64,000 nt of DNA from Perkinsus chesapeaki ATCC PRA-425. Taxonomy: Eukaryota; Protista; Perkinsozoa. Made by a program: the position numbers and the translations under genes. Below the pieces are notes generated by a model that was not told the origin of the DNA, searched no databases, and worked only from the letters and a program-made list of their open reading frames with translations. The DNA lies in assembly GCA_013115145.1 (NCBI GenBank), contig JAAPAO010000028.1:1-64000 (forward strand), written 5' to 3'. Below, one piece after another: positions 13,001 through 24,695 of the stretch (positions are counted from its first letter, which is position 1; every line of letters begins with the position of its first letter).

Positions 13001-15229
13001 CGAGTTCCAATGAAATTTAATGTAAGACAGAAGACAGCTCCAACAGATGGATCATTATGTAGAGAACAGCTATACAGTGGCCATGAGAGCGTACTACTGG
13101 GAGAAGCACTACTTCCTACTACTTGCTTTCATATCTTACTTCCTACTACTTGCTTTCATATCTTACTTGCTACTACTTGCTTTCATATCTTACTTGGTAC
13201 TACTATATTTCTTCGATATACTACTATTTTCATTATAATTGATATAACATTTTCAGCAACCTACTTACTACACATACCTAATATATATACCCTGTCACCG
13301 TAATGCTAGTCTGAGGCCAACGTTCTACTCCCAAAAAGTGCACAGGAAACTCAGAAGAAAACATACATTAATCAAAGTTCCCATAGTACCTTATAACCTT
13401 CTTCCGTCACCACGCTAGCGCCGTCATCCACGCGCTTGCAAGCCAACTCGTTAAATAAACTAAAAAGACAACACTTATATAAATGGCAGCAGGTAACACT
13501 TATATAAAGGGCAGCAGGTAACACTTATATAAAGGGCAGCAGGTAACACTTATATAAAGGGCAGGTAACACTTATATAAAGGGCAGCAGGCAACACTTAT
13601 ATAAAGGGCAGCAGGTAACACTTATATAAAGGGCAGCAGGCAACACTTATATGAATTTGCGGCCTTTACCCATTACTGTCTTATATGCCTTTCACTGACC
13701 AGCTCCTTTTCATGAGCATCCTTCCCAAATAGATTAGTCACCGAATGACATGCGAGAATCATATCCCTAACAAAAACCAGGAATAATAAAACATAGAGAT
13801 ACAGTAGACTGTATACTACTAGACCCTTAATGCTAGTGGGGAACACACCTACTCTCAATCATCAACATTTCATAAACGCTATGCTTCTACAAGTAGCCAC
13901 ATTTTCACGCCAACAGCGTTATACAACTATTTTTTGCTGCGAGATAGGCATCGTGGTAGACTACCACACCTGTTAAGCGTTAGGGCTTCCAAGGTAAGGG
14001 ACATAGATCCACATACACTCTAAATCCTGAGGATTTCATAAACGTTATAGTTTTATTCAATTCGGCACACTTCACTACAGTTCACCAGCGTTATACGAAT
14101 CAGAGTTTGCTCCCTTCTTTGGCGTCATACAGGTTTTAACTTCACTGCATATAGTACCACTTCAGCCACCTTTTGTCGCGAAGAAGATCCTGGCGATTTA
14201 TCATAGTGAGTAACAATCCCATTTGCCGATAGCTCCAGAAATAACAATACCATCCACCGGTAGCACGCACTGTAATGGTCATACCTGAATTCGCTATAAG
14301 TGAGGCCACCAGAGCCTTCAACGTCCGCCATCCTAAAACTCAAACTGAGCTTCTCGCTATCAGTGCCTGAAGGAGAACAAAGGTAAAGGAGATTCTAGGT
14401 GTCCAGAAGACTTTGCTATTAACTAATAGTATACTCCGAATCCCCGACAAATCCAGAAGCCCAAAACAAGCTTTTTTCCGCAAGAGACTACTCCCCGACT
14501 ACTCTGGTGCCCACACGTGTACTGCAAGAACTCTTCATTGGGTTGTTCCGCCGTTGCCCCTGGACATATCTTACCTCGAAGCATGACAGCCAGACTGTTA
14601 ACGAATTCATTGAACGACAAAGTGCCGTCGCCGTCGGTATCGAAGGCCGCAAACATTCGTTTGGGAATGAAACTGCTTGGACCCAGTCCGAGGATCTGAT
14701 ACGCTCAGATCTGCTACTTCCATCATTCCAAAGCTCCTACCCCAAGCGTGTTGCGGAAATCTTCTTCGTTCATCCGACCGCTGGGAGCCACTTTGAGAAA
14801 TCTAAAAAGGTAAAGATGAACATAATACAATGGTGATAATAATATATAATAACAGTTAATGTAAGCAAGGGATGGTGATAATAATATATAATAACATTTA
14901 ATGTAAGTAAGGGATGGTGATAATAATATATAATAACAGTTAATGTAACCAAGCGATGGTGATAATAACATTTAAGGTGAAGGTAAGTCCTTCCCCTCTC
15001 CCATATTTTCCTTCTCCCAATCCTACCTATCATACAACGCCTCTACTTCCTGCTCAGTCAACTTAGTCTCCTCTGATAATGCACTTAGAGTATTCTTAGG
15101 TAACCGTCGAGGTACAGCTATTCGGCTACTCGGCTCTATAACTGATGACATTAACAACATAATTATTACCAACACCGCAACACAAAGCCTTCCCTCACCT
15201 CCTTGAGGGCCACAGGTACAAAACGCCAT
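7043..15229 (-). CDS. EF-hand (neuronal calcium sensor-like) / phosphatidylinositol-4-phosphate 5-kinase fusion protein
   Basis: N-terminal NCS exons ([22 protein letters not shown]; [27 protein letters not shown]; [18 protein letters not shown]). C-terminal PIPK exons ([15 protein letters not shown]|[15 protein letters not shown]; [33 protein letters not shown]; [19 protein letters not shown]-type motif; [11 protein letters not shown]; [11 protein letters not shown]; [13 protein letters not shown]; YFLGMIDIL; [13 protein letters not shown]). Continuity through 11-13 kb is inferred. Confidence 0.85.
8400..8510. repeat. 28-bp inverted repeat (26/28 match, ~55-bp spacer) inside a PIP5K intron; MITE-like hairpin
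   Basis: gagacggggctgggatgagattctatgc (8400-8427) versus gcatagaatcccatctcagccccgtctc (8483-8510). Confidence 0.85.
13112..13205. repeat. 27-bp intronic minisatellite, ~3.5 copies
   Basis: unit cttcctactacttgctttcatatctta. Confidence 0.9.
13470..13652. repeat. ~25-bp intronic minisatellite, ~7 copies
   Basis: unit acacttatataaagggcagcaggta, one copy shortened. Confidence 0.93.
14831..14970. repeat. 42-bp intronic minisatellite, ~3.3 copies
   Basis: unit tggtgataataatatataataacagttaatgtaagcaaggga. Confidence 0.92.
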
Positions 15230-15396
15230 ATCCTCAGGCTAGTCTTTATTGTATCCCACCGTGGTCGATTAACCGACAAAGACGGGGGAAGAGGGAAGAT
15301 TAAGAAATAAAAGCTGGAATCGAGGAAAGGGAAATTGTCAATACAACGATTGCTGGTGAAGATTTCAAATAACTTATAATCACAAAAGGTGAAAAA

Positions 15397-15657
15397 ATGG
15401 CTAATAAAGGTAACATAATGGTTAAGAAAGGTAACATAATGGTTAATAAAGGTAACATAATGGTTAAGAAAGGTAACATAATGGTTAATAAAGGTAACAT
15501 AATGGTCAATAAAGGTAACATAATGGTCAATAAAGGTAACATAATGGTTAATAAAGGTAACATAATGGTTAATAAAGGTAACATAATGGTCAATAAAGGT
15601 AACATCATGGCTAATGAAGGTAACATAATGGCTAATAAAGGTAACATAATGGCCAAT
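15397..15657. repeat. 21-bp minisatellite, ~12 copies (source of the spurious periodic ORFs at 15166-15735)
   Basis: unit aataaaggtaacataatggt(t/c). Confidence 0.96.
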
Positions 15658-16049
15658 GGAAGTGCAGGAAAATAATGACTGGTAAAGGTAAAATAGTTGC
15701 ATATATGATAGCATCAAAAGCACCTCACTCACCAAGGTTTAGTTGTAGCTCTAATAAACAAGCGTGTCCTTCCCCTCCCCCATATCCTCCTCAACTCAAT
15801 CGCCTTATTGTTATTCTCAGAGACTGCCTGCGGCGGCGGCGGCAAGTTGCCCATGCATGCATACTAGAAGTACTTTAAACTACTTATCATGATGCTGACT
15901 TTTGTAGGCTACGGAGAAAAGCACCCTCCTAGCCAACCGAGATAATGATGATGATAATAATGAATCCTCAATAGGAGGTGAATTTAACAATGAAATATAA
16001 TGAAGCTAATCGAGATACCTAACACCGACCCTTCACTACGATGATCCCG

Positions 16050-17863
16050 ATACGTCTACTGTTGCGGCATAGCACTCCTCAATTCTTCCTCGCTCACCTT
16101 CTCCATCATGGCGGCCACCGGGCTGGCATCTGGCGTGGGACTGCTGTTCCCGGTTGCCTGGAGAGGATATGGAAATCCTTACGCAACTGGAATTCTACCG
16201 TGGAGCTCATATAGAAGCTATGGTGGCGATCAGCACTGTTATAATAGGTGAACCCCATATGATGAGGAGGACTGGCGGCGGCCGAGGAAGCAGTGTAGGC
16301 CGCAGGTAATGGTGTTGCTCCATAAGGTGGTGCTGAAAGCAGTAATAATAGCCTAGCCGATAAACACACCGCTTGTCCTTCTAATAACCCGGGTTCGATC
16401 CCCCCCTGTCCTTTTTACCAAAATGTGCACCACTATGTGGGTGGCCCGGCGTATGAGCGAATTGCAGCCCATGATGCGGATGCAAAGGCGTCGAAGTGAA
16501 GAACGCCGCCGGAAGGTAAACTCCACCGCTCGTATTGCCCGCTGCTACTGCAGCAGCAGAGCCACCTGCCGGCGTTGGAACTGGCATAACTCCACCTAAG
16601 ATATTCTTCACAGTGCGATAGATACGAAGACTCCACCGCAATGTTGCTGCTGCTGTTGGTGCGTGTATCCCTGCATGGAGGCTCTCTGATGATGATGATG
16701 CTGATCAACACCACCATCATACTGCCATTCCCTCAACTCCGTAGATCCGTACATTACAGATGGATAATCATGAGGTGTACCTACAGACCATTTGGAACAT
16801 ACTTCGTGGCATTCCGCAAGGAAACATACACCAAGACCAACGGAGGTTTACAGCGCCCCCCCCCCTCGGTGAGCGGGCTTCATGTTTCTCATTCTTATAC
16901 TAACATATTCCCTATCAAACTACTTTCTGTTATATCTACTTGGCACTGGTAACATATTCCCTATCAAACTACTTTCTGTTATATCTACTTGGCACTAGTA
17001 ACATATTTCCTATCGAACTACTTTCTGTTATACTCCCTCCACCCTACAAACACTAACGGTATCATACTCACATTACTAGTGGCGCATGATGGTCGCCGCC
17101 ATATCCTCACCATCAATTTCGGGGTGAGCTCCCAAGCAACACTACCATAAAGATGCCCTCCTCCTCCTCCTCCTGCTGCTGCTGCTGATTTGGCATCATA
17201 TCCATGGTGAGCCACCACAGTTGTTGGAAAACAGCAAGGATTGTAGTCTACAACAGGCTGAGGCGAACTGCCCGTCGTTGAGGGCGCGGGAGTGAAGACA
17301 GACGCCGACTGGCGGGAGGCAAGAGGCTGATGGTCGTATCTACTATCGAATAGCACTTCCACCAAGTTGCAGCTCATTACACTATACGGAATACAACAGT
17401 ATATAGACCATTAAACGAGGGAGCAGCAGCAGCAGCGGAAGGGGAATGGATCGGGCTGCTGGCCACTGGGCAATGGGAACTGACCAAGACACACAAGGAC
17501 AACCTCGGGATTCCGTTGACGTTATCGGCTGCTCTGAGGAAGCACAACGATCCATCTCTAACCAGTGCGAACTTTGCACTGCAGAGGAGCAAGAATCCAA
17601 AACAATTACCACCGTATTTTCTAGGACTAAGAAATCATCATTCTTTCTGACACTAGACCATAGCGTACGATCAGTGACTATAGAGTGACTGGTGCCCATG
17701 ACCTTACCTATCATTAGAGGGCCACACAGCAGCCGGCCAGACTTCCTCTCCTCCTTGGTCCTATCAAGCGCTAAACAACATAGCGGCAAGAATGACAGCT
17801 TACGTCGTCCTCTGGGAACTGACCGTTATTATGCGAAGATGATTGATTAGAAGGAAAGGACAT
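16050..17863 (-). CDS. Hypothetical low-complexity (His/Gln/Ala/Pro-rich) multi-exon protein
   Basis: Exon-like segments with GT-AG borders: MSFPSNQSSSHNNGQFPEDD, HHHHQRASMQGYTHQQQQQH, GGSAAAVAAG, AASPPHHMGF. No recognisable domain; 3' end uncertain. Confidence 0.35.
16901..17031. repeat. 49-bp minisatellite, ~2.7 copies
   Basis: unit taacatattccctatcaaactactttctgttatatctacttggcactgg at 16901, 16950 and 16999. Confidence 0.92.
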
Positions 17864-18137
17864 TAAAATATAAGATATCTTTATTTTCCGATTTGAATGG
17901 AAAATTTTCAAGACGCACATGAAATGAGGAAGTTTACATCTCATACATACACAAGAATTTTGCGGTATCTTTGGCCCTAGGCATGAAACGGTTGATCGAT
18001 TTAGATACCCCTGATGACAACGCGTTCTACTACTATGCTACAAAGTTTCAAGCTCAATAGTAGACGAGAAAAAACATTAGCAAGCAAAATATTATTGGGG
18101 AGGGCTGCTACAATGGGATAAAAATCAACGAGACAAC

Positions 18138-18502
18138 AGATCCGAATAATATATAAGAGAATAGACTTGGCAATAGATCCGAATAATATATAAGAAAATA
18201 GACTTGGCAATAGATCCGAATAATATATAAGAAAATAGACTTGGCAATAGATCATAAGAATATATGAGAAAATAGACTTGGCAATAGATCATNNNNNNNN
18301 NNNNNNNNNNNNNNNNNNNNNNNNNNNNNNNNNNNNNNNNNNNNNNNNNNNNNNNNNNNNNNNNNNNNNNNNNNNNNNNNNNNNNNNNNNNTAAGAATAT
18401 ATAAGAAAATAGACTAGGCAATAGATCATAAGAATATATAAGAAAATAGACTAGGCAATAGATCATAAGAATATATAAGAAAATAGACTAGGCAATAGAT
18501 CA
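18138..18502. repeat. 37-bp minisatellite spanning an assembly gap (N at 18293-18391)
   Basis: unit gatc(cgaata/ataaga)atatataagaaaatagact(t/a)ggcaata on both sides of the N run. Confidence 0.93.
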
Positions 18503-18658
18503 GTATATGCCTATTACAAAAATCGGTTTTCTATTAGACTACTCTATAAGATTGAATACACTTCACTCAGCACACAAAATACCGGCGGAAAAAGATACTG
18601 CAAAAATAAAACGAAATATTCTTTGAATTTCTTCTCGTGACAACAACTACCAGCATCA

Positions 18659-21600
18659 TCATTCAACCCGATCCATTATAGGGTCGAATGCAGTCTCCCT
18701 ATCATCGTCACCCGTGCTGGCCTCGCTGCTGACATAGTAACCAACATGCGGGGCGGTCGGCACCACCGCACCGTATCGTCGGATATGTCTATAGGCAACA
18801 GCCCAACATATAACCGCCAATACCATCCAGGCAGAGGTGAAGAGGATCGCTAGAGACCAACTCTTACTAGCGTCCGCTATAGAACCTGCTCAAATACGTA
18901 CAACTAAATACAATTCGTTCATCCCACAATAGACATAATGATGATTGGGCCAAAGCTCGAGTACACAACAACGACGTGGCAAATATCAGACGCCTTCCTC
19001 CAACTCAACTTCTATGAGAAATATTCGCCAATGAATTCACCTAATTTTAAAGGATATCCGAGTTTCCGTTTCGTTTAAATTCCCTTCGGCTCGTCATCCG
19101 TCAACAGCGGCACTGGGGCAAGTTAAAACCCGACAAGTCCCTCCTATCCCACATACGCAGGCAACCACAGTGAAACCTCTTACCGATGACAACAGGACTC
19201 GGAAAATCTCCAAGGAGATGCGAGACACCAATAGAAATAGCCAACCCTTGACTTCTGACATCCTCAGGTACAGTACTCATCAACCTAAGATACCCTCTCA
19301 TAGAGACCGTAGGCGGTACGATGGCCTACTACCCAACATTGCATGGTGCCGTTGTCGAAAACAATGCTAACAGCGCGATCGACATCATACATAGGAACAA
19401 CCAAGTCGTCTTGGCCACTGCGGTAAGCGCTATAAACACCACCTGCCACACTCCACACTGCCAAAGACTAACAAGTTGTCTATCTTCTCACTCCAATGGC
19501 AGCCATTACGACACATATCTTAGTACCAGCCCTAGCCCGAGCCGATACATCGGGATCCTTACCGGCCACCTTGTCACTGAGCCAACCGCCAAAGTACGTC
19601 CCGAGTACTCCTAATAGTAACAAATTACGAACGGTATAGCCGGTATGAGGTAGGAATTTCCTGGCGCGTGAATTTTTGAGATATCGTCGAGTACTCCGAA
19701 TGGTCTCTCTCAGTCATATTCCTCGCCAGTCGCAGAAAATACAAGCTTGAACATTGGCAAAGTTTCATCGAAACATTCTTCCTCGGCGTTAATAAATCCA
19801 TTCAACACTGCAGTGATGCTGACAGAAATATACCCGTCAAGATGTGTACCAACAAAAAGCCATAGAGGATCATCCGAAATGCCCATAAGAATGTATTCAA
19901 CGTTCCCCATTGGTCCTACGGTCCCTATATATATTTCAAAAGAATCCCCATTGTATCTCTCCTGTATTAGAAACACTCCCTCTTTCGCGAGGAACACTTC
20001 TCTGAAGACCACGTTAAAAATTTAGGCAACTCATGAACAGCAACCTCCTACGACCCTCCCTTTACCTGTCAGAACGGTGGCAAGACCGAGGCCCAATGTC
20101 GCTGCAACTTGGCTTGCCCCCAAAGATTCTCGCAGTATAGTGGGACCGTGTACAGCCAGACCACCAACAACAAAATTGAATGCAGCAAAACCAAGACATA
20201 TCAAGACGAACGCTCGGGACTATGCAGAAGGTAATCCAGCGTCACGCGCCACAAAATTAGTACCATTAGAGCCTGCTTCATATCGTTTATAAGACCACTG
20301 ATTCTCTCGATAAACCCTCGAGGCATGCTCGGAGCAGCCATGGCCATCTGAGGACTAGTCGAGAATCTAGACTGCCATCTCAAACATAATAATATTATAG
20401 GAACCATCAAACAGGCCTGCAAAAGGGACCATAATGTAAGATACTACTAACACTTGCGAGGCTATACTGTGGTGAGTTGTGCTTCGGCAGTGCATTCATC
20501 TTAAGATACTACTAACGCTTGCGAGGCTATACTGCGGTGAGTTGTGCTTCGGCAGTGTATTCATCTCACTACATCAGACCATGACTTATATTAAGGTGAT
20601 AGACGAGAAACAATACACTTATATGAGAACCGAATGTATAATTAATAATGTACAAACGCTAACGTTCCCAATGCATATACAAAATCGATTATCCGCCTTC
20701 AATAGTCCTGAATCAGGACTCGGCCGTCCCTCTATGATTCCCTCAGACCTACCTCTATAAGGAATATGATTCTACCACCCTGCCACGACCGGAAACCCGC
20801 AGTCACTATATTACCAATAGCAATACCGACATAAATCGACATGAAGAAGAAACCTAAAATGGGCTTTGAAAGGTCACCTATATTCTGCTATTACCTAGAT
20901 AGGTCGATTTCCTTCCACTTGGTGAAGCATCATCTATCACTACTGGAGCTAACGAGCAGAAGGCGGCTTCGCCGACGCCTAAGTGGTTGTATAACACTTA
21001 TATAACACAATAGTGGCGTATATAACACTTATATAACACAATAGTGGCCTATATAACACTTATATAACACAATAGTGGCGTATATAACACAATAGTGGCC
21101 TATATAACACTTATATAACACAATAGTGGCCTATATAACACTTATATAACACAATAGTGGCGTATATAACACTTATATAACACAATAGTGGCGTATATAA
21201 CACTTATATAACACAATAGTGGCCTATATAACACTTTNNNNNNNNNNNNNNNNNNNNNNNNNNNNNNNNNNNNNNNNNNNNNNNNNNNNNNNNNNNNNNN
21301 NNNNNNNNNNNNNNNNNNNNNNNNNNNNNNNNNNGTATATAACACTTATATAACACAATAGTGGCGTATATAACACTTATATAACACAATAGTGGCCTAT
21401 ATAACACTCTTATAAGGCAACCGTTGCCTATATGGATGCTGAATGTTTCATAAGTACCAATAATTCCCTATTACCAGTAAGCAGCCGACACAACACCAAC
21501 AGATCATAGTTCGATCCTACGAGGAAATACGTGGACGCGCATGCAGCAGTCCATACGGTCAAGCCTGAACGAACCTTCATAATTTCGAGGCGCGTGACGC

Positions 21601-22015
21601 CTCTACTACCAATAGCAATAGATCTAGCTGTCCAACAGTGTCCTCTACGTGATAGTCGTGCAAAGATCGGTGATGCCAAAGTGTAACTAACTTCCGTTGC
21701 TGCTCAAAGTTTTCGTATTGATCACACCGAACATACCCGAACATAAAGACCGATCCAAGCCAGCCTGCCGCTGCCGAGCTCAGCGGCTTATCGCTGCCGT
21801 CCCTATGAACACCTTCTTTAATATGAGGTAAAAGGCCTGTCCTGAACGTTATGTATATTATATTGGTATATTGAAGCACTACCAGCCAGGGCTCCTCTGT
21901 CCATGTACACTAGAAGCTCACAGGCTATAAAGAAGAGCAGCTGTGTTTTAGGTGAAAGTCTAGGAGGCCTTGGTGACTCCGGGGCATCGGACCCTATTAT
22001 TGAATTCAATACCAT
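18659..22015 (-). CDS. Spinster-like major facilitator superfamily transporter (multi-exon)
   Basis: LLVYMDRGALAG; GWLGSVFMFGY; ASPIFARLS; LLVLCRLLTG; FNFVVGGLAVHGP; GVLGTYFGGWLSDK; VPEDVRSQGLAISIGVSHLLGDFPSPVVIG. These are typical SPNS-family motifs. Confidence 0.88.
19710..20021 (-). other. ~100-codon stop-free coding-like segment nested in a 455-nt intron (19611-20065) of the Spinster gene
   Basis: VVFREVFLAKEGVFLIQERYNGDSFEIYIGTVGPMGNVEYILMGISDDPLWLFVG...; flanking exons join in frame (LTG|VLGTYFG) without it. Confidence 0.4.
20437..20565. repeat. 65-bp direct tandem duplication (intronic)
   Basis: taagatactactaac(a/g)cttgcgaggctatactg(t/c)ggtgagttgtgcttcggcagtg(c/t)attcatct twice, offset 65. 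Confidence 0.92.
20989..21408. repeat. 31-bp intronic minisatellite spanning an assembly gap (N at 21238-21334)
   Basis: unit tatataacacttatataacacaatagtggc(g/c). Confidence 0.95.
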
Positions 22016-22925
22016 ACCGATGTTGCATCATGAGCCTTGCTGCTTCGAATGATAAAATAAGGAAAAGCAAGATTAGATAAGATTAGCAAGATCTTTGTTT
22101 TCGTTATTGGCTGAGGCGAGGCGTTGACAGGCATAATCATTTCCAGAGCGGGCCGTATGCCCGCGATTCTTAGAACAAGCCTCTTTGCACCGTTTACTAT
22201 CCTCTGGACCATTTAGTGCTACTCGCTGGACCAGTGGCCCAAGATCTTTTCATTTTTCAGAACCATCGCCTCGGCGCTCTCCAGCTCTTTGGCATTGCCA
22301 AAAGGTTGAGTGCCTCGCAGGCTGTGTCGTGTACTGACTATTGCTTGTCCCCCATTGTTCGTGAATGATAGACTGGTTCAACCTTGAAAGGTGTAAAACA
22401 TTTTTGTATCGCTAATTTATGAGATGTATTAAAGATGAGGGTCTGATAGTGACACTGTCACCACTGTGCTCAGCGAACTTGCAGATGAGTACAATGAACA
22501 ATGTGTCAACGAGAATCCTTATGCAGATACCTTCTACGTAAATCACTAGATTTCGAGCTTGACACCCCTTCCGCTACACGGGTTTACATTCTTCGTCTAG
22601 GATGACCTACCTTCATCATTATTCACATGAGAAATATCCATCTCGTTCCAACATTATGGTTTCTCACTTTACCGTCCATGATAGCGGGTAAAGTTCTTCC
22701 CTCTCCCCAGGATCCAATGGCCCTCAAAGGCACTAGTTTAAGTGCAATGGCCGAGGTAACATGATAGCCTATTATCATGCGCATGAATCTCGGCGTAGGC
22801 GTGTTTCTTCACATACAAACTGGATTACTCAATCTGTGAGAGTAACGACGATACCTGCTATCAAATAACAATTTCCGCCGCAGACGTTCAGAGGCAAATG
22901 ACCAGGTGAAGCTAACGTGACAAGA

Positions 22926-24636
22926 ATGAGTATCTCTCTCGTGGGTGCGGCTATTCTTATGTCATTTACTCAGATTTTATCATTCCCCAAGCCGATCATC
23001 TCCTCCGCCTCTGGATCTTGTCGGTTTGCTCGCTATGTTCGATCATGATTGGATTTCCGTCTTTGCTCGGGAATGTCCTCCCATGATGATGGTCGTAGCC
23101 CTCATCACATTAGAAGTAACATGTTCGATATCGCATGACTCGCATCTTCACGCCTGCATCTTGACAACCAGCAACAGTTCATAGTATTCACGTTGACATA
23201 TTGGACACCATCGGAAGCACGCTGTGAACGTCATGCAATACATGACATACATCTCGAGAATCCTAGATTAGAACTTCTAATGCTTCAAAGCTCTCTCTCA
23301 ATACCGGCGATGGTTTATTGCCAACAGCTAACCAACATGTTTCATAGATCCACGGTTACTCAGTCACCACTGTGGTTCAGATATATTCATCAATAGGAGA
23401 ACCTGCAGTAGCCCTTCAAGCAGTTATGCCGAGACTCAGGATAGTTCTGGAGTCCGGCTTCAACCTCACCAATCCAACAGATCATCAACCGTCACTTTTC
23501 GAAGTCAGACGCGTGAAGCCCCGCCTAACGGCGAGGCCACATTGCTTAATGCCTTGCAGGTGCTAGAGGCCGCGATGGCTTCCCCAGCATGGCACCATTG
23601 GAAATTGACTTGGCCGCTCGAAGTTGCCTTGGATCACGCAATCGCCGAATTGAACAAGGCAAATGAACCAAAGAGAAAACTAAACGTTGATATTATCGTT
23701 GCATGGTGTCGAGAAGAGTTAGCCTGGCTCGACCAGCTTGTCGGCCTTATTCCCGAGGGTGGCATAAATGTGTAAGGCGTGAGGCCACTCTTCTGATGCT
23801 CTGGACTCCAGCGGAACTTGCGTATAACATGACTAAATCATACCTTTCAATAGTGATCCATCATTGTCCATATTTGACGATGCGAGCGAGCATTTCGAAC
23901 TACACCACACAGATACATATACGCCAAGTGTCATGGAGATCCCACAGCCGAGCTGCAACGGCAAGGCTTAACCAGTTACACGCAGTGGCAACTCATCGAC
24001 TTACAAGACCATCCCAACTATACGACAGATGAGTGTTCCGCTTATCTTCACTATTTAACGCAACTCAGGGAAGAGGCCAGCGCAGACTACTCTATGTTTT
24101 TGCAAGGGGATGCGCCCAACCACTCACCCCAAGGTCTTCTTCGACTTCTCATGGAGTCCATAGCTAGCGGATCATTCTCACTGCATTTCCTCCACTTGGG
24201 TAACTTGAGACAAGTTATAGCAGAAAGCACGTGTCGATCCTGGCTGGCCGAGAAGTACTCAATTCAAGTCGATGGTTTGATCTCTACCTACTGTTGTGCG
24301 CAATTCGTCGTCTCGCGCGATCGTATTGCTCAAATCTCCGCCGTGACATTCCGCATGATGTACGACGACGTAGCCAACAAGGACTCATTTCTACCGGAAG
24401 ACAAATGCTTCCGATGGCCAAGACAATCCACCCATTGTTTGTGGCTAGAGCAACTCTGGCATGTCATCTTCGAGGAACCGGCAGATCTCCCATTGAGGAG
24501 CGAAGACTCGAGATTACCCATTTTCCTGAGACTGCCAGATCGCGAATCATTTCTTCCAATGAGAGGCAATAGCAGCCGAGGATATCCGAATATCATGTTT
24601 GATTTTGAGACCATTCCAGGCAATACTTTCGCTTAG
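22926..24636 (+). CDS. DUF3431-like (putative glycosyltransferase-like) protein, multi-exon; start uncertain
   Basis: VDIIVAWCREELAWL; MFLQGDAPNH; TYCCAQFVVSRDRI; LEQLWHVIFEEP. These resemble the DUF3431 hallmarks CCAQF.VSR..I and E..WH.IF. Confidence 0.65.
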
Positions 24637-24695
24637 TTGTTCACAAGGTTGCGTCGAGTGTCAACTAGACCTCTTCTAAAGCTCTTCACACATAG

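Noticed and set aside
15166-15735. Periodic ORFs on both strands (HYVTFIN / NKGNIMV repeats), and similar ORFs at 13010-13303, 14723-15033, 18001-18466 and 21142-21407
   Set aside because: They are translations of minisatellites; no coding evidence
16340-16416. GGGTTCGATCCCC followed by a T-run, resembling a tRNA
   Set aside because: No consistent cloverleaf; it overlaps a minus-strand coding-like segment (KKDRGGSNPG)
13470-21408. Regularly spaced repeats resembling CRISPR arrays
   Set aside because: Units are head-to-tail with no unique spacers, there are no cas genes, and the context is eukaryotic
22006-22212. 68-aa minus-strand ORF whose stop overlaps the Spinster start codon
   Set aside because: No recognisable homology or splice support; cannot be distinguished from a chance ORF
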